Below, piece after piece: positions 23,182 through 36,240 of a stretch of DNA of 64,000 bases. This DNA comes from Narcine bancroftii (taxonomy: Eukaryota). Position numbers and translations under genes: made by a program. The notes beneath the pieces are model-generated. The model was not told where the DNA came from, made no database searches, and worked only from the letters and a program-made list of their open reading frames with translations. The DNA lies in assembly GCF_036971445.1 (NCBI RefSeq), contig NC_091481.1:12524001-12588000 (forward strand). The letters run 5' to 3'. Every line of letters begins with the position of its first letter. Within the stretch, counting starts at the first letter, position 1.

Positions 23182-23429
23182 GTGATTGTGAGAGAGATAG
23201 TTTTCCTAAATTGTTGATAGGATCTTTGATAAGTCGATGGTTACTCGATTGCTCAGAATAGATTTCCATTAATTCGCATGTTTCAACTCCTGAGGGAACA
23301 GAAATGTTAAAATTAGAATCAGAAAGCATAGAAACTGTCTCTTTCATCCTACTTTGCCCATGTTTACCATGACCCTTATCAATACTAATCCTATTTGATT
23401 TCATTAGACCTATCCCTCTATAGGTCTTT

Positions 23430-24270
23430 TTATGTCAGGTCTCCACCTTGAGGCTGGCCATCCATGGAGAAAAATATGGAGCAGCCCTAAAAGACTGCTC
23501 CTGTGTCGCTTTTATGAAGAGCGGCACCTTTTAGTGTACTCCGGAGCATATGGAGGCATGGCAAGTGGTGCAGTAGCGCCTCCCATTGCCATGAGGTCTA
23601 ACATATGTGCTGAGCAATGTTATCCATAATCTCCCACGCAGCTGGAACTACTCTGGGAAACACAGACAGCCATTGATCATTCTTCCAGCTCTTCTGCCTG
23701 GCACTGCCCTTCCAGCTCTTCACTCCATCAGACTCCTCGGCTCTGCTTCTCCATCTCCACTCCACAGCATCTGTCCTCCCTCCTCCTGGGCCATGGAGCT
23801 CAGCACCCAGGTCCCTTCGCCCTCTGGCCCCAGTGGGCTCTGACTCTACTTGCCCCAGCTGGGCCTCCAGCTTTCTCCGGCTCCTCACTGCCCTCCTGCT
23901 CCTCAGTCTCGACGGCCTTGGTGAAGGAGCAAGGGGCAGAGTGGTAATGAGAAGAGGACATTTCTGGGTGGCAGGAGGGAGCCCTAACCCCAGCACCAAT
24001 CACTGTTGGAGCCCTGGTGGTGGCTCCTGAGTCGTGGGCTGATGGTGTCATCGCAATGTCATCAGCCTGCCCCTAGCCAGTTGTTTGTAGCGACAGTACA
24101 TTTATGATGTGTGGCGGAGCACTCCGCTGCACCTCTGACAAGGTTGAAGAGGGATTGGATTTCCTGCCCACAGAGCATTTATGATGGTAAGTTCTGCGAT
24201 GCAAGGGCGGAGAATCTCCACCTTTACAGTCGCATTTTTTCACTCTATTAAAGGGCTTAAAACCTTTCCT
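23430..24270. mobile_element. Unclassified GC-rich insertion (possibly a DNA-transposon remnant) within a CR1 fragment
   Basis: Abrupt GC-rich block; minus-strand CR1-like sequence lies on both sides (about 23310-23430 and 24270-24720). Family not identified. Confidence 0.35.
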
Positions 24271-25489
24271 GTCCATGTATGGTATCTGTCCGAATGCCAT
24301 TTAAACACTGTAATTGTTTCTGCCTCCTCTGACAGCTCATTCTAGATATTCATCACCTTCTGTGTGGAAAAAAATACCCCTCAAATCTTCTTCACATTTC
24401 TTCCCTCTCACATTAATTTTTTTTGTTCTCTCATCTGGACTCCTCTGCCTTTGGAAAGAGATACGACTATTCACCCTTTATCTCAGCCCTTCATAAATAT
24501 ACAAGACTCTCTAACCCTTTAACCGCCTATATTCCAGAGAGAATAAATGCAATGTATCCAATCTTTCTTTATAACCACAGGCCTCTAATTCTTGCCATGT
24601 TCTTGTGAATCCCTTCTGTGCTCTTTATCACGACCATATCCTTCCTGTATTGTGGCTACCACAAATGCAGACAATACTCTAACCAATGTTTAGTATAGCT
24701 GCAACATGACATCCCAACTTTTATTTTCTTTTGCAGTTTTACAATAACTGGCTAAAAATGAAAATTACCTAAAAATGTTACAAAATAGTCTAAAGGACTG
24801 AAGTGGAACACACCACAAAGAAAATACATTCCTGCGAAAACACATTAGGCAAAATAAAATTGATTCCTCCTAATTGGTTACTAATGTGAACAAATTTCAC
24901 AAGTGTGATTGTTCAGAAATGTTGCTAAAAGCTTGAGTAAAATGACAGTTATCAACATGAATGGATGATTGAGGAGTGCTCTCATGCGACTATTTCAACA
25001 TGGACATTAACTGGTGATAGAAATATAGGAATAGGCTTCTTAGTTCCTGACATCAGTGCTACCATTTCATTAGATCATGACTGGTGCATACCTCAACATT
25101 TTTATTTCTTTATTGATTTATCATCCTTGCGTAAAAAGCCCAATCAAGCTTACTGTTTGAAATTTCCAACTTCACAAAAACAAAGGAAGATAATGTGGAT
25201 GATCGAAATCCAGAATAAAAATCGCTGGAAATAGTCTGGAGCTTGGCATCCTCCGTGTAGAGGAACAGAGATAAATTTTCAGTTAACAACTGGAAAATAC
25301 TTTCAGATTTAATACATTTTAAGATACAAATGATGGGAAGAGATAAATGAAAAAATCGTAGAAATTCTGTGCATAGCTAGAAAACAAGAGAAATAATATA
25401 TGGAAAAATGAACTTTCTATTGTGGAGTCTCAATAATATTTAGGTAATAGAATTCCAGATTTCTATATCACCTTTACAATGGGTTAATT

Positions 25490-26720
25490 GATTTCTCCAG
25501 CTATGGCTGCCTTTTTGTTGGTTATGTGGAGAGTCCACGCTACAAGCCTACACAGGCAAGGACCCTTAACTCTTCCTCCACTACATCGACAGTTAACTTT
25601 GGTGCTGCCTGAGCACCCATAATAAGCTCTTCACTTGGTCCATCTCTAGAAACACTGTTCCCTTTCTCAATCTGTCAGTCTTCATCTCAGGAGGCAAACT
25701 CTCAACAGTCATCATCTACAAATCCACCAACTCCAAAAGCTACCTCGACTACACCTCTTCACATCCAGTCCCCATGTGAGGATTCAATTTCTTTCTCTAA
25801 GTTCCTCCATCTCTGTCGCATCTGCTCCCAGGATGAGATTCATGCCAGATCATCGGAGGTGGCTTTCTTCAAACAACATGGCTTCCCCTCTATCACCATC
25901 AATTCAGCTCTCACCCGTATATCCTTCATTACCTGGACATCTGCTCTAGTCCCCTGAGCCCCCAAGCCCTCACCTAGCACTTCACCAGCCTCCACATCCA
26001 ACACATCATTCTCACCACCAGACACATCTTCCCTGCTTCGCCCCCCCCCCCCCCGTCTCCACTTTCTGCAGGGACCGCACCCTCCATAACTCAATCCACA
26101 CCTCCCTTCTGACCAGTCTCCCCCCCCACCTTGGAACGACACCACCTCCCTCACCACCATTCAGGGTCCCAAACCATTCCTCACTTGTGAATCTCCAGGG
26201 GTCATCTATTGCATCCGGTGCTCCTGTTGTGGTCTCCCCTATATCAGAGAGACTGGGTGCAGATAAGGAGATCGCTTTATTGAGCACCTCGGCTCTGTCT
26301 GCTGTAATTGTGAGGATCTTCATCCATTTCAATTCCCTGCCCCATTCCCTTACTGACATGTCTGTCCATGGTCTCATGCACTGCCAGACTGAGACTACCC
26401 ACAAAGTGGAGGAACAGCACCTTGTATTCTATTTGGCTCTGCATTCACAGAGCCAATCCCCTCCCCCAGTTACTTCTCACATTTCCTCTCTCTCTCCTGG
26501 CCTCCACCCCATATCAAATTAACTTTGTTGGTCTCTACTCCTTCTCCTGCTCTTTCTTTTAATTCAGATACCTGCCTGCTTTTTACTCATACCTTGAAGA
26601 ATGACTCAGGCCCCAAAAATTGGCTATATATCTTTACCTCCTATGGATGCTGTGAGACCTGTTGAGTCTCGCCAGCATTTCCGTTTTTTACTACAATCAC
26701 AGCATCTGCAGACTTCCTCT
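25490..26720 (+). mobile_element. Penelope-like element (degraded RT and GIY-YIG endonuclease)
   Basis: YKSTNSKSYLDYTSSHP; GVIYCIRCSCCGLPYIRETG...DRFIEHL; GLMHCQTETTHKVEEQHLVF; terminal-repeat motif at about 26590-26720. Confidence 0.8.
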
Positions 26721-27394
26721 ATTGATACAGAGGACAGGAAGGACATCATGTTACCTATCAAATAACTCAGAAATCATCCAGTAGCTTCACAAGAAATTCA
26801 ACTTGCACTTTTCACATAGTGGTGGCCCTGTCCCAGAAAGTGGTGATGGAACTGTGTAAATGATAAAGTCAGGGTACCAGAAGTCTGGATGGATAGAATT
26901 AAGAGTTTTCAGTATGTTCTTATAAGATTGCTAATCTATATGGCTTTGCTCTGCATAAAGTCCTGGTTTTGTCAAATAAATAAGGCATCAAAATGCCTGT
27001 CTCTAATGGTAATAAATCCCACACAGTTAAATTATTCAATTGCCATAGCTAATTAAGGGGGAACTGACAAGATTTCAAGTGTGATACAGATACTTTACTG
27101 CATTACTTTAATCAAATCAAATGAACTCTTGACTTCACTCAAGTGAAACACAAAAGTATGCATATGTTGTGATTGTAGTAATAACACAGAAATGCTGGAG
27201 GAACACATGCAGTCTCACGCTTCCATCGGAGGTAATACATCATCCCTTCTAACTTGGTAATGCTTCACCTTGGGACAAATTCCATCTATTAGATTAATGA
27301 GAAAAGCCTGGATTAAAAAACATGTATCAAAAAAATGTGTCAGAGAAAAGATTTTAGGATAAATTGTAGTTTTGTTTTTGTCTTCCATTGAAAG

Positions 27395-27862
27395 GATGCT
27401 CCCAATGAAGTTGGTCAAACTGAGTGTCCACGCAAAGGTCAATCACTGTTTAAAGCTGGTCTTAGCCAATCAAAGTACCTTCTATCTCCAACTCCAGGAT
27501 AAGTACCCTTACCACGTCTTCGAGCTGTGGGAAGAACTTATTCACATAATTTATACCGGACTCTCCATAACTTTCAAAGATGCCAATGTCAATCTCCCCA
27601 AGGTCTCCTTGTGTGACTCAAGAAGCTCTTCAACCTCAGTCATTAGCTCTGAAAAATTCGCTCAGGATGCTCAAAAATCTTGCTGGAACATTCCCATCAG
27701 GGGCAATATTACAGCCAATTGTAAGATGGGAGTTTGGAAAAGAAAAAAGGTGTTGGTTGGAAAGGAGACACATGAAGGCTCTGATGATGTTCTCAGCACT
27801 GGATATTTCAGAAACACAGCCAGATCGCTGTTAGTTCATGGAAAGAATATTGACAAAGATTG
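27395..27862 (+). CDS. GARIN1/FAM71F-like gene, coding exon 3 (rest of DUF3699-type domain)
   Basis: Acceptor TTGAAAG|; RMLPMKLVKLSVHAKVNHCLKLVLANQSTFYLQLQDKYPYHVFELWEELIHIIYTGLSITFKD; open to donor TG|GTAAGG. The 3' boundary is less certain than the 5' one. Confidence 0.8.
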
Positions 27863-28369
27863 GTAAGGAATCCAACAAAAGAATTAGGCCTTTTCCTGAT
27901 ATTTTCCTATATAAACCATCTACATTTCTACAGTGGATAACGTCTGATTTCAGATTCAAATACAAGGGGGAACCTAGACACTTCTGCATGTTGCTCTGGT
28001 CTAATGGTACAGACTCAGGTGTTAGAGCAGGTAACTTCCCAGGATCAGTGGAGTCAGTCACTCCATAAATAGCCTGAGCATTTTACAGTAGTGCCAGCTC
28101 GTGTGCAATTTTGTACAAACTATTAGGAAGACCATTCCTTTGTCCTTCTCACAAATTCTATTTTCTGGCCACAGAATATATTCCTTTTCATGGCAACATT
28201 TCAAAGCTAAACTTTGATATTATATTTGACCATGAGATGAAATTTCAATCTGAGAACATTATCACCACTCCACTTATTCCCACTTCCATAACTGTAACGA
28301 TTCTAGAAGATGGCTAATCATTATTTTCTCAATCCATATCACCTGCAAAACAAGTTAATTTTAAAAAAA

Positions 28370-29290
28370 ATGTTTGCCACTGTCTCAGCTCATTTGCTAT
28401 TGAAACCCTCATCTATTCAGTTTTAGATCTAGGTCTTACTTTTCTAGTACACTCCTGGATGCCCTTCCAAGTACTAGTTTCTGTAATGAGGTCACCTAGA
28501 ACTCCACTGCCCTAGTTCTAACTTGTGCCAAGCCCTGTTCACCCCTAATCTCCATTACTGTCAACTCTCAGTTAACCCACAAATTAATTTCAAAATTCTT
28601 ACCTTCATGTTCAAACTTTTTGAGGGCCTCTATCATCCCCATCAGTAATCTCCTATAGCCTTGTATACTCTGATATCCACATTCTTCTAATTATCTCTGA
28701 TTTTAATCAATTCTGCCAAACACTAAGCACTGGAATTTCATGTATAAATAACCATCTTTCTTTCTTTCCCTCTTTCTTAAGTCAAGAATCTTCCTCTTGA
28801 CTAAGCTTTTGGTCATCTTCCTAATATATCCTTATATAGCAGTGTCAAATTTTGTTTAAGAATGCCCAGGAATAATCCTTGGAATATTCTGCTACAGTAA
28901 ACAAATGCAAGTTGTTCTTGTTTACATCTGTGGGATAATACATTTCTGATGGTTACACCATCTGGGCTGGATACTTTTGTTTGCTATACAATGATCCTTC
29001 ATTCTCTTTCAAAGCAGAGAGAGTTGGCATATCAATAGATGGCAGACTCAAAGAAGGAAAATTATCCCAAAGTATTTAACAGAAGCATTTTCAAATAGTT
29101 GAAAGCTAGTTTGGAGAGATCCTCAGGAGAAACCAGAGATAATGATGTAGGCATAGAAGAGAAGCCATGGCTGGTGATTCTCAAGTTTTGACTCCATAGA
29201 TAAGAATATAACCAGGTAATTGCAGTTCCATACAGCTGGATAACAATGAAAGATTGATCGAAGAAAATGGTGTGGTCAACCACAATGACT
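28370..29290. mobile_element. Old L2-type LINE remnants in two orientations
   Basis: Plus-strand 3' region at about 28370-28920; minus-strand RT piece VDHTIF...GTAITWLYSYL at about 29040-29290. Confidence 0.55.
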
Positions 29291-30808
29291 ATATGTACTG
29301 TATGTCAAAATGAGATGCATTACTTTTGTCAATTTCACAAAGCTCATCAGTGCATTTCATCAGAGCTATTTTAAAACTTTGAAATTGGCATACATTGATT
29401 GGAATGATTTCAACAAAGAGTAGTGGGTAAAATGGGCATAAATTTAGTAGCCTGCAACTGTGATCTCTTTAATCTCTTTAATCCACTATAACATTAAGTG
29501 TTCAGAAAAAATAAAAATTTTAACTGTCTCTTTTTCCCAATGATTAACTATTTGAAAATACCATACTAGACTAGGATCCATTGGACTAGGAACAGAGTTA
29601 AAATCGCATGTGATCATAATGAATTTAAATTCAATTAATTAATTAAATCTGGGAGGAAAAAACCTGTTTTGTCACAACATTTATGACCATGAAGCTTGCT
29701 GATCATCAGAAAAATGCCCTTTATAAAAAGAATTGCTCTCCTTCTCACCTGGTCCCTATGTGATTCCAGACCTATAGAAATGTTCATTCCAGGACAAGTA
29801 AGAACTGGCAGTAAATGTTGGCTTGGTCAGTACCATCTATATCTTCTAAATGTATATTAAGATAACAACTTGTACAAGTTTTGGCCATTCCAATATTGAA
29901 CATTTCTGCTGGTTGATTTATCTGTGTTCTACAGCAGCTATTTTCAACAGGGACCCAATGGCACTCCCTGGGGACCACGGCACATTTAAGTAAAAAACCT
30001 TGTTTTGTTTTCAACTCATGTAATTTAAATATTTTAATTTTTTTATGTAATCAGTAGAAGTATCGCAGAAACCATAACTTGACAGCTTCACGGGGGAAGG
30101 AGACCTATTAACTTTAGCATAGTTCTGGGGGGGTAGTGGGGGGGGCATAGGCGAAAAAAGTTGAGAACTGGTGTCTTTGATGCTGTTTGCAGCCTGATTG
30201 AACAGGTCTTGCTTCAAGATGCTTGAGGGCTTCTTTGATGTTTCATGCATTATGTCAATAAAGGCTGTCCCTCACTTTTTTTGAGGGACATCGATCCTTC
30301 TTAGGATCTTTTAGAGTTCAAAACACTTCAGAATATTGTGAGAGGTAAACACAGTCAAGCCCATTGCAATATTTGGTCACACCTCTGTACTCTCCAATGT
30401 TTAGTATCTGTTTCTCCTTTTTTTTGTATGTTAAACATGTTTGTGTTAATAGCTGACATCCAATACTCAATGCCCCCTCTCTCACAGAACATCAGTCACC
30501 AGCATGCATGACAAATATCATTCATTGTATGTTGCTGTCAACCTAACAATGAAGCAAATGCTGCCAATCTGATGTACACTGCATCTGTGCCAAACTGATA
30601 TTTGCTGCAAATAATTATCCATCTAATAGACAGTACAAATAGTACCCAATCTTAAAATAATGGTAGGAGCTGCTATTAGGATTTGCCATTAGTATCAATG
30701 TTTTAATTTGAGAAAGCTTCACCAGACAAATGCTGGCAAACAAGAACATCTGCAGTTGAAATTTTCTTCAGTCAACATATCAGAATAATAATGGTGTATT
30801 TTCATCAG

Positions 30809-30888
30809 GGTCCCCAATAATCAGGAGCATCAAAGAATATGGACAAGAACTGAACGGTTACTAGATGGGAAAGAAGATAAAAGCCCAG
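30809..30888 (+). CDS. GARIN1/FAM71F-like gene, predicted coding exon 4
   Basis: Acceptor TTTTCATCAG|; WVPNNQEHQRIWTRTERLLDGKEDKSP; donor CAG|GTACCA. At 80 nt, phase 2-1, it bridges exons 3 and 5 exactly. Support is phase logic only. Confidence 0.5.
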
Positions 30889-31973
30889 GTACCAGAAAAG
30901 AAATCAATGTCAATCTCAACTCATTAATGAAGTTTGTTAATGAAGTCTGTGGGAAGCTAACAAATTGAAGAGCTGTGTGTCTGTGCACCAAATCGAGAGC
31001 TGAAGAATCCAGTGGGGAGATAGGGGAGGGGAAGAACCATCAAAGGAGGGGGGATTAGAATGCTGGTGGGCTTCGGTAAGGGTGGTTGGGAAGGGGGACA
31101 AAAGAGGAAGAAGGGGTACAGATGAAGAATAGAGAGGGTGGGGTCCATTACCTGAAATTGAAAATTGTATCTATACTCTTTTAAAACAGGCTTCTCTCAC
31201 CTCGAATCATCAGATTCCAGTTACTGACAGCCTTTGTCTTCCGATCACCCACTCCACTTTGTAAGACTTATCCCCTCATGGCCCCTCCCATGAATGAAGG
31301 CAAGTTCAAAATGCCATCTTCACTACTTTATGCAGCTGAATTACCACTTTAAGGGAATTATATACCTATACACCTATGACTCTCTTTTCCACAGTGCTGA
31401 CGGTGGTACAATTGGTGTGGTGGTTAGCACAACACTATTACAGTTTGAGTTCACTGTTGTCTGTAGGAATTTGTACATTCTCACCATTACCTGCAATGGT
31501 TTTCTCTGGGTGCTCCAGTTTTCTCCCACCCTCCAAAATGTACAGGGTTGGTTGGTTAATTGGGTGTAACTGATGGCACAGGTTTAATGGGCCAAAAGAG
31601 CTTTCTACCATCCTGCACCGTTTAAAACACTGTTCAAAGCTCTACCATTTACAGTCTAAGGCCTGCCCTAGTTTGACTCACCAAATGCAATATCTCATAT
31701 TTCATTATCCATTTCTTAGCCCACTTTCCCAATTGATCTATAATTCTGTTATAAATATAGATGTTCTCCTTCACTGGCCATAACAGCACCAAATTTGGTG
31801 CAATTGACAAATTTACTAATATTGTTAGGAAAGTCATGTTGTGAAACTCCAATGATCAAGATAATCTGTAAATTTTAATATATATTTGCAGTTGATAATA
31901 GTTTGGAAAGAACCAGGGCTCTGATATCTACCCTTGTATGTTTCACGATGACATCAATTCGCTTTGTACGTAG

Positions 31974-32254
31974 GAGACGAGTGGGAAGAGATTATTGAAA
32001 GATGTTCGTGTGACCACTGTAAGACATGCAATCAAGTTTTTACACTACACACCATGCCCTGTAAACAGAAGCAAATTGGGACTGAAGAACAAGAGGATGA
32101 AGAAGGAGAAGGTGGTGGAGGAGGAGAAGGAGAGATTAATAATGTTGAGGCAGAAGATGAAAGCTGCACATACTTTGGACTCTGGGAACGTGACAGACCA
32201 ACGTTGATGCCACTCTCTAGGCTAAGTAGCCTCGTAGCTGTTGGACTAAGATAG
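31974..32254 (+). CDS. GARIN1/FAM71F-like gene, predicted last coding exon
   Basis: Acceptor TTTGTACGTAG|; GDEWEEIIERCSCDHC...EEQEDEEGEGGGGGEGE...YFGLWERDRPTLMPLSRLSSLVAVGLR-stop. LWERD resembles the C-terminal LWEQE motif I recall for mammalian FAM71F. AATAAA follows at about 32423. Confidence 0.6.
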
Positions 32255-32577
32255 ATTTGAATTTACATTTTTTGGAAGGCAGATTCTGTTTGTGCTTTTA
32301 TAATCTTTAACTTGAATGTTTCCAGATATCATAATTATTTCTAATTGCATCTGAACAAATTCTGCACTGGAAACCTTTTTACCAACTTATCAAGCAATTC
32401 CATATCACTAAAATGATTGAGAAATAAAGTTTTTTTGCACCCTAACCTGGCAAACTCTCTGAGAGTAGAGATATTACTAACCAAATGAAAATATAGCTGA
32501 GTTTACACGTCCATTGAGTACTTCCAGGGCAGGAAAGGCACTATTTGATGCAACATAAAAAATAATTCCAAAATATG

Positions 32578-35400
32578 CCATCAAAAATCCAGTACAAAGA
32601 GGTGACATAAGATCGGAAGATATGGAATCATTGTGGGATGAGTTAAGAACTGGCAAGGGTAAAAAGACACAGTGGGCAGTTATATACAGATCTCCAAACA
32701 GTGAACAATTACAACAGCAAATGGAAAATGCTTGGGAGAAGGGCAATGTTATGGTCGTCATGTGGGATTTTAACATCCAAGTAAATTGGAAAAACCAGGT
32801 TGGAACTGGGTCTCAAGAGAGAACTGGTAGAAAGCCTATGAGATAGCTTTTTAAGGCAGCTTGTTATGAGCCTACTAGAGGATCAGCTATACTGGATTGG
32901 GTGTTAGACAGAACATAGGACATTACAGCATAGTACTGTTCCTTCAGCCCTTGAGGTTGTGCCGACCTACATATACCTAACAAAGAAAAATACAAAACCC
33001 TTCCTACATCGTAACCCTCCATTTTTCTTTCATCCATGTGCCTGTCTAAGATTCTCTAAATGCTGCTGATGTTTCAGCCTCCACCACCACCCCTGGCAAG
33101 GCATTCCAGGCACCCACAACTCTCTGTGTAAAAAAAAATTACCTAAAATGTCTTTGCTAAATATTCCTCCCTTCACTTTGTACAGATGACCTCTGGTATT
33201 TGCTATTCCTGCCCTGGGAAAAAGGCACTGACTATCCACCTTATCTGTCCCTCTAAGAATCTTATACACTGTTGTGCAATGCACCAAAGGTGATTAGAGA
33301 ACAGAGTAAAGGAACGATTAGAGGGCAATAATCTCAATATGATTAAGTTCAATTTGAGATTTAACAAGGAGTAACTAAAGTCAGCTGTGTCACTATTTCA
33401 GTGGAGTAAAGAGAAATACACTGGCATGAAAGAGGAACTGGCCAAAGTAGACTGGAAGGAGCTCTAGTAGGAAGATGGGAAAGCAGTAATGTATGGAGTT
33501 TCTGCAAGAAATAAGAAGGTGCAGGATATATACATTCCAAAAAAGAAGAAATATTTGAATGGAAAAATTGTCACAACTATGGCTGACTAAGGAAGTCAAA
33601 ACTAAGGAGGGAAAAGATGAAGTATGAAAGTAGGCTAGCAAATAATATCAAAGAGGATAACAAAGAGCTTCTTCAAGTTTATAAAGAGTAAAAGAGAGGT
33701 GAGAGTAGATATAGGACCATTAGAAAATGATGCTTGAAAAATAATAATGGGGGAGAAAAGGAGATGGCAAAAGGACTAAATAAATAATTTGCATTGGTGT
33801 TCACTATGGAAGATTTTATCAGTGTGCTAGATGTTGAAGAGTATCAGGGAAGGGAAATGAATGCAGTTACTATTTCAAGGGAGAATGTGCTCAGAAAGCT
33901 GAATGGTTTAATGGTGGATAAATCTCCTGGACTAGATGGATTGCACTCTCAGGTCCTGCAAGAGGTAGCGGTAGAGATTGTGGAGGCTTTGTAATAATCT
34001 TTCAGGAATCAATAGATTCCAGAGGACTGGAAAATCACAAATGTCACTCCACTATTCAAGAAGGGAGGGAGGCAGCAGAAAGGAAATTATAGACTGGTTA
34101 GCTTGACGTCAGTGGTTGGGAAGATGTTGAAGTTGATTGTCAAGGATGAAGTTACGGAGTATTTTGAGGCATATGACAAGATAGGCCAAAGCTAGCATAG
34201 TTTCCTTAAGGGAAAATCTTGCTTGACAAACCTGTTGGAATTCTAGAAGAAGTGACAAGCAGGCTAGATAAAGGAAATGCAGTGGATACTGTGTATTTGA
34301 ATTTGGATAAGGTGCTGCACAAGAGGCTACTTAACAGGAAACATACTAGTGTGGGTAGAGCATTGGCTGATTGGCAAGAAACAGAGCAGGGATCATATTC
34401 TGGTTGGCTGCCAGCTGCGAGTGGTGTTCCACAGGAGTCGGTGTTGAGGTCACTCTTTTAATGTTGTATATTCATGATTTGGATTACAGAATGAATGGCT
34501 TTTTGGCCAAATTTACAGATGATACAGTTAAGGAAACATGGAGATACCAAGGAGGAACAGGTAGTGTTGAGGAAACACAGAGGTTGCAGAAGGACTTAGA
34601 TTTGGAGAATGGGCAGAGAAGTGGCAAATGAAATACAATGTCAGAAAGTGTATGGTCATGCACTTTGGTAGAAAAAATAAACAGGCAGACTTGGGGAGAA
34701 AATTGAAAATACCCAGATGCAAAGGAACCTGGGAGTCCTCATTCAGGGTAGCCTGAAAGTAAACTTGCATGTTGAGTCAGTGGTGAAGAAGGCAAATGCA
34801 ATGCTGGCATTCATTTCAAGAGGTATATAATAGCAGAGATATGACAAGTACAGGCAGGGGTGTTTACAAGGCACTAGTGAAACCTTAAGGAGTATTGTGA
34901 GCAGTTTTAAACTCCTCAATTAGGAAAGGATGTGCTGATGTTGGAGAAGGTTCAGAGGAGATTCACAAGGATGATTCTGGGAATGAAAGGGTTATCATAT
35001 GAGGAATGTTTGAAAGCTCTTGGCCTTTACTCATTGGAATTTAGGAGAATGAGGGGAGATCTCATTGAAACATTTCAAATGTTGAAAGGCAAGGATAAAG
35101 TAGATGCAGAAAGGTTTTTTTCCCCATGGTGGAAGGATCTAGGACAAAGCAAGATTGAATGGCGCCCGCTTAGAACAAATGCAGAGGAATTTCTTCAGCC
35201 AGAGGCTGGTATGTTTGTGGAATTTGTTGTGGCGGCCAGGTCATTGGGTTTAAGGCAGAGATTGAATTGTTCTTGATTCGCCAGGGCATCAAAGGTTATA
35301 GGCAGTGGGGCTGAGTGGAAAATGGATCACCTCATGATTAAATGGCAGGGCAGACACAATGAGCTAAATAGCCTGTTTCTTCTCCAATGGCTTATGGTCA
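32578..35400 (+). mobile_element. CR1 LINE, degraded ORF2 (endonuclease and RT), with nested inverted CR1 3' end at about 32908-33268
   Basis: ESLWDELR...VIYRSPNS; DKSPGLDGLHSQVLQE; SGVPQESVL; FTDDT; LEKVQRRFTRMILGMKGLSYEECLKALGLYSLEFRRMRGDLIETF; many stops and frameshifts. Confidence 0.9.
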
Positions 35401-36009
35401 TACCCTTGGTGAAAGATCGTGGTTTATATGATATGGTCAGGGTATCAATGAAGTTACAACTGCCACATGGGAGAACAGAAGGAAATTCCTAGCAAAGCTC
35501 TTTCTACATAGTCTAAAAACATCTAGGATATGTACAAAATGTCACAGAAATATAATAAATCTTCCTCAATATTTCCTCATCAAGGATTTCCAAGGAAAAT
35601 GCAGCACTAATAAGACCACTTCTCATTCCGTATAATGATATACCCTGGTAATGTACAGCATGGAATAGTGAAAGATCATTTTGACATGAGGGAATATTGC
35701 TGTTTGCTCATCATCACTGGAATTAATCCTTAAACTTCCACCATTGTGGAAGTATCTTTTACATAAGACTGGAGCAGTTTAAAAAGATGATCATTACCTC
35801 TCAAGGGTGTTTGGGGATGATTTCTAAAGCCAGCCATTTTAAATTTAAAAGGAATTAAAAGACTAAAAAAACTCCTTCTAAAATTCAGATATTGTAAAAG
35901 TTTAAAGCAGATTAAAGCTGCAACTACATTGTTCCATTGAGCATTTATATATTAGCTCCAGCTAAGATATATGTGGACAAAGGATAAATGGGTGGCAAGG
36001 TTAGTGAAG

Positions 36010-36240
36010 GGGCGGCACAGTGAGCACACGCAGTTACAGCACTAATGACCTAGGTCCAATCTGGTGCTGTCTGTAAGGAGTTTGTACATTCCCCCCGTGT
36101 CTGTGTGGATTTCCTCTGGGTGCTCCGGTTTCCTTCCATGATTCAAAACGTACCGGGGATGTAGGTTAATTGGGCATCACAGGCTTGTGGGCCAAAAGGG
36201 TCTGTTACCATGCTGTATGTCTAAACTTTTAATTTAAATT
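36010..36240 (+). mobile_element. SINE copy
   Basis: Same family as 8225-8470; GGGGCGGCACAG head and A/T-rich tail. Confidence 0.7.

Noticed and set aside
29014-29102. Additional GARIN1-like exon after a TTTCAAAG acceptor
   Set aside because: It overlaps an antisense L2 remnant, ends in a stop and shows no family similarity; not excluded as a minor cryptic exon.
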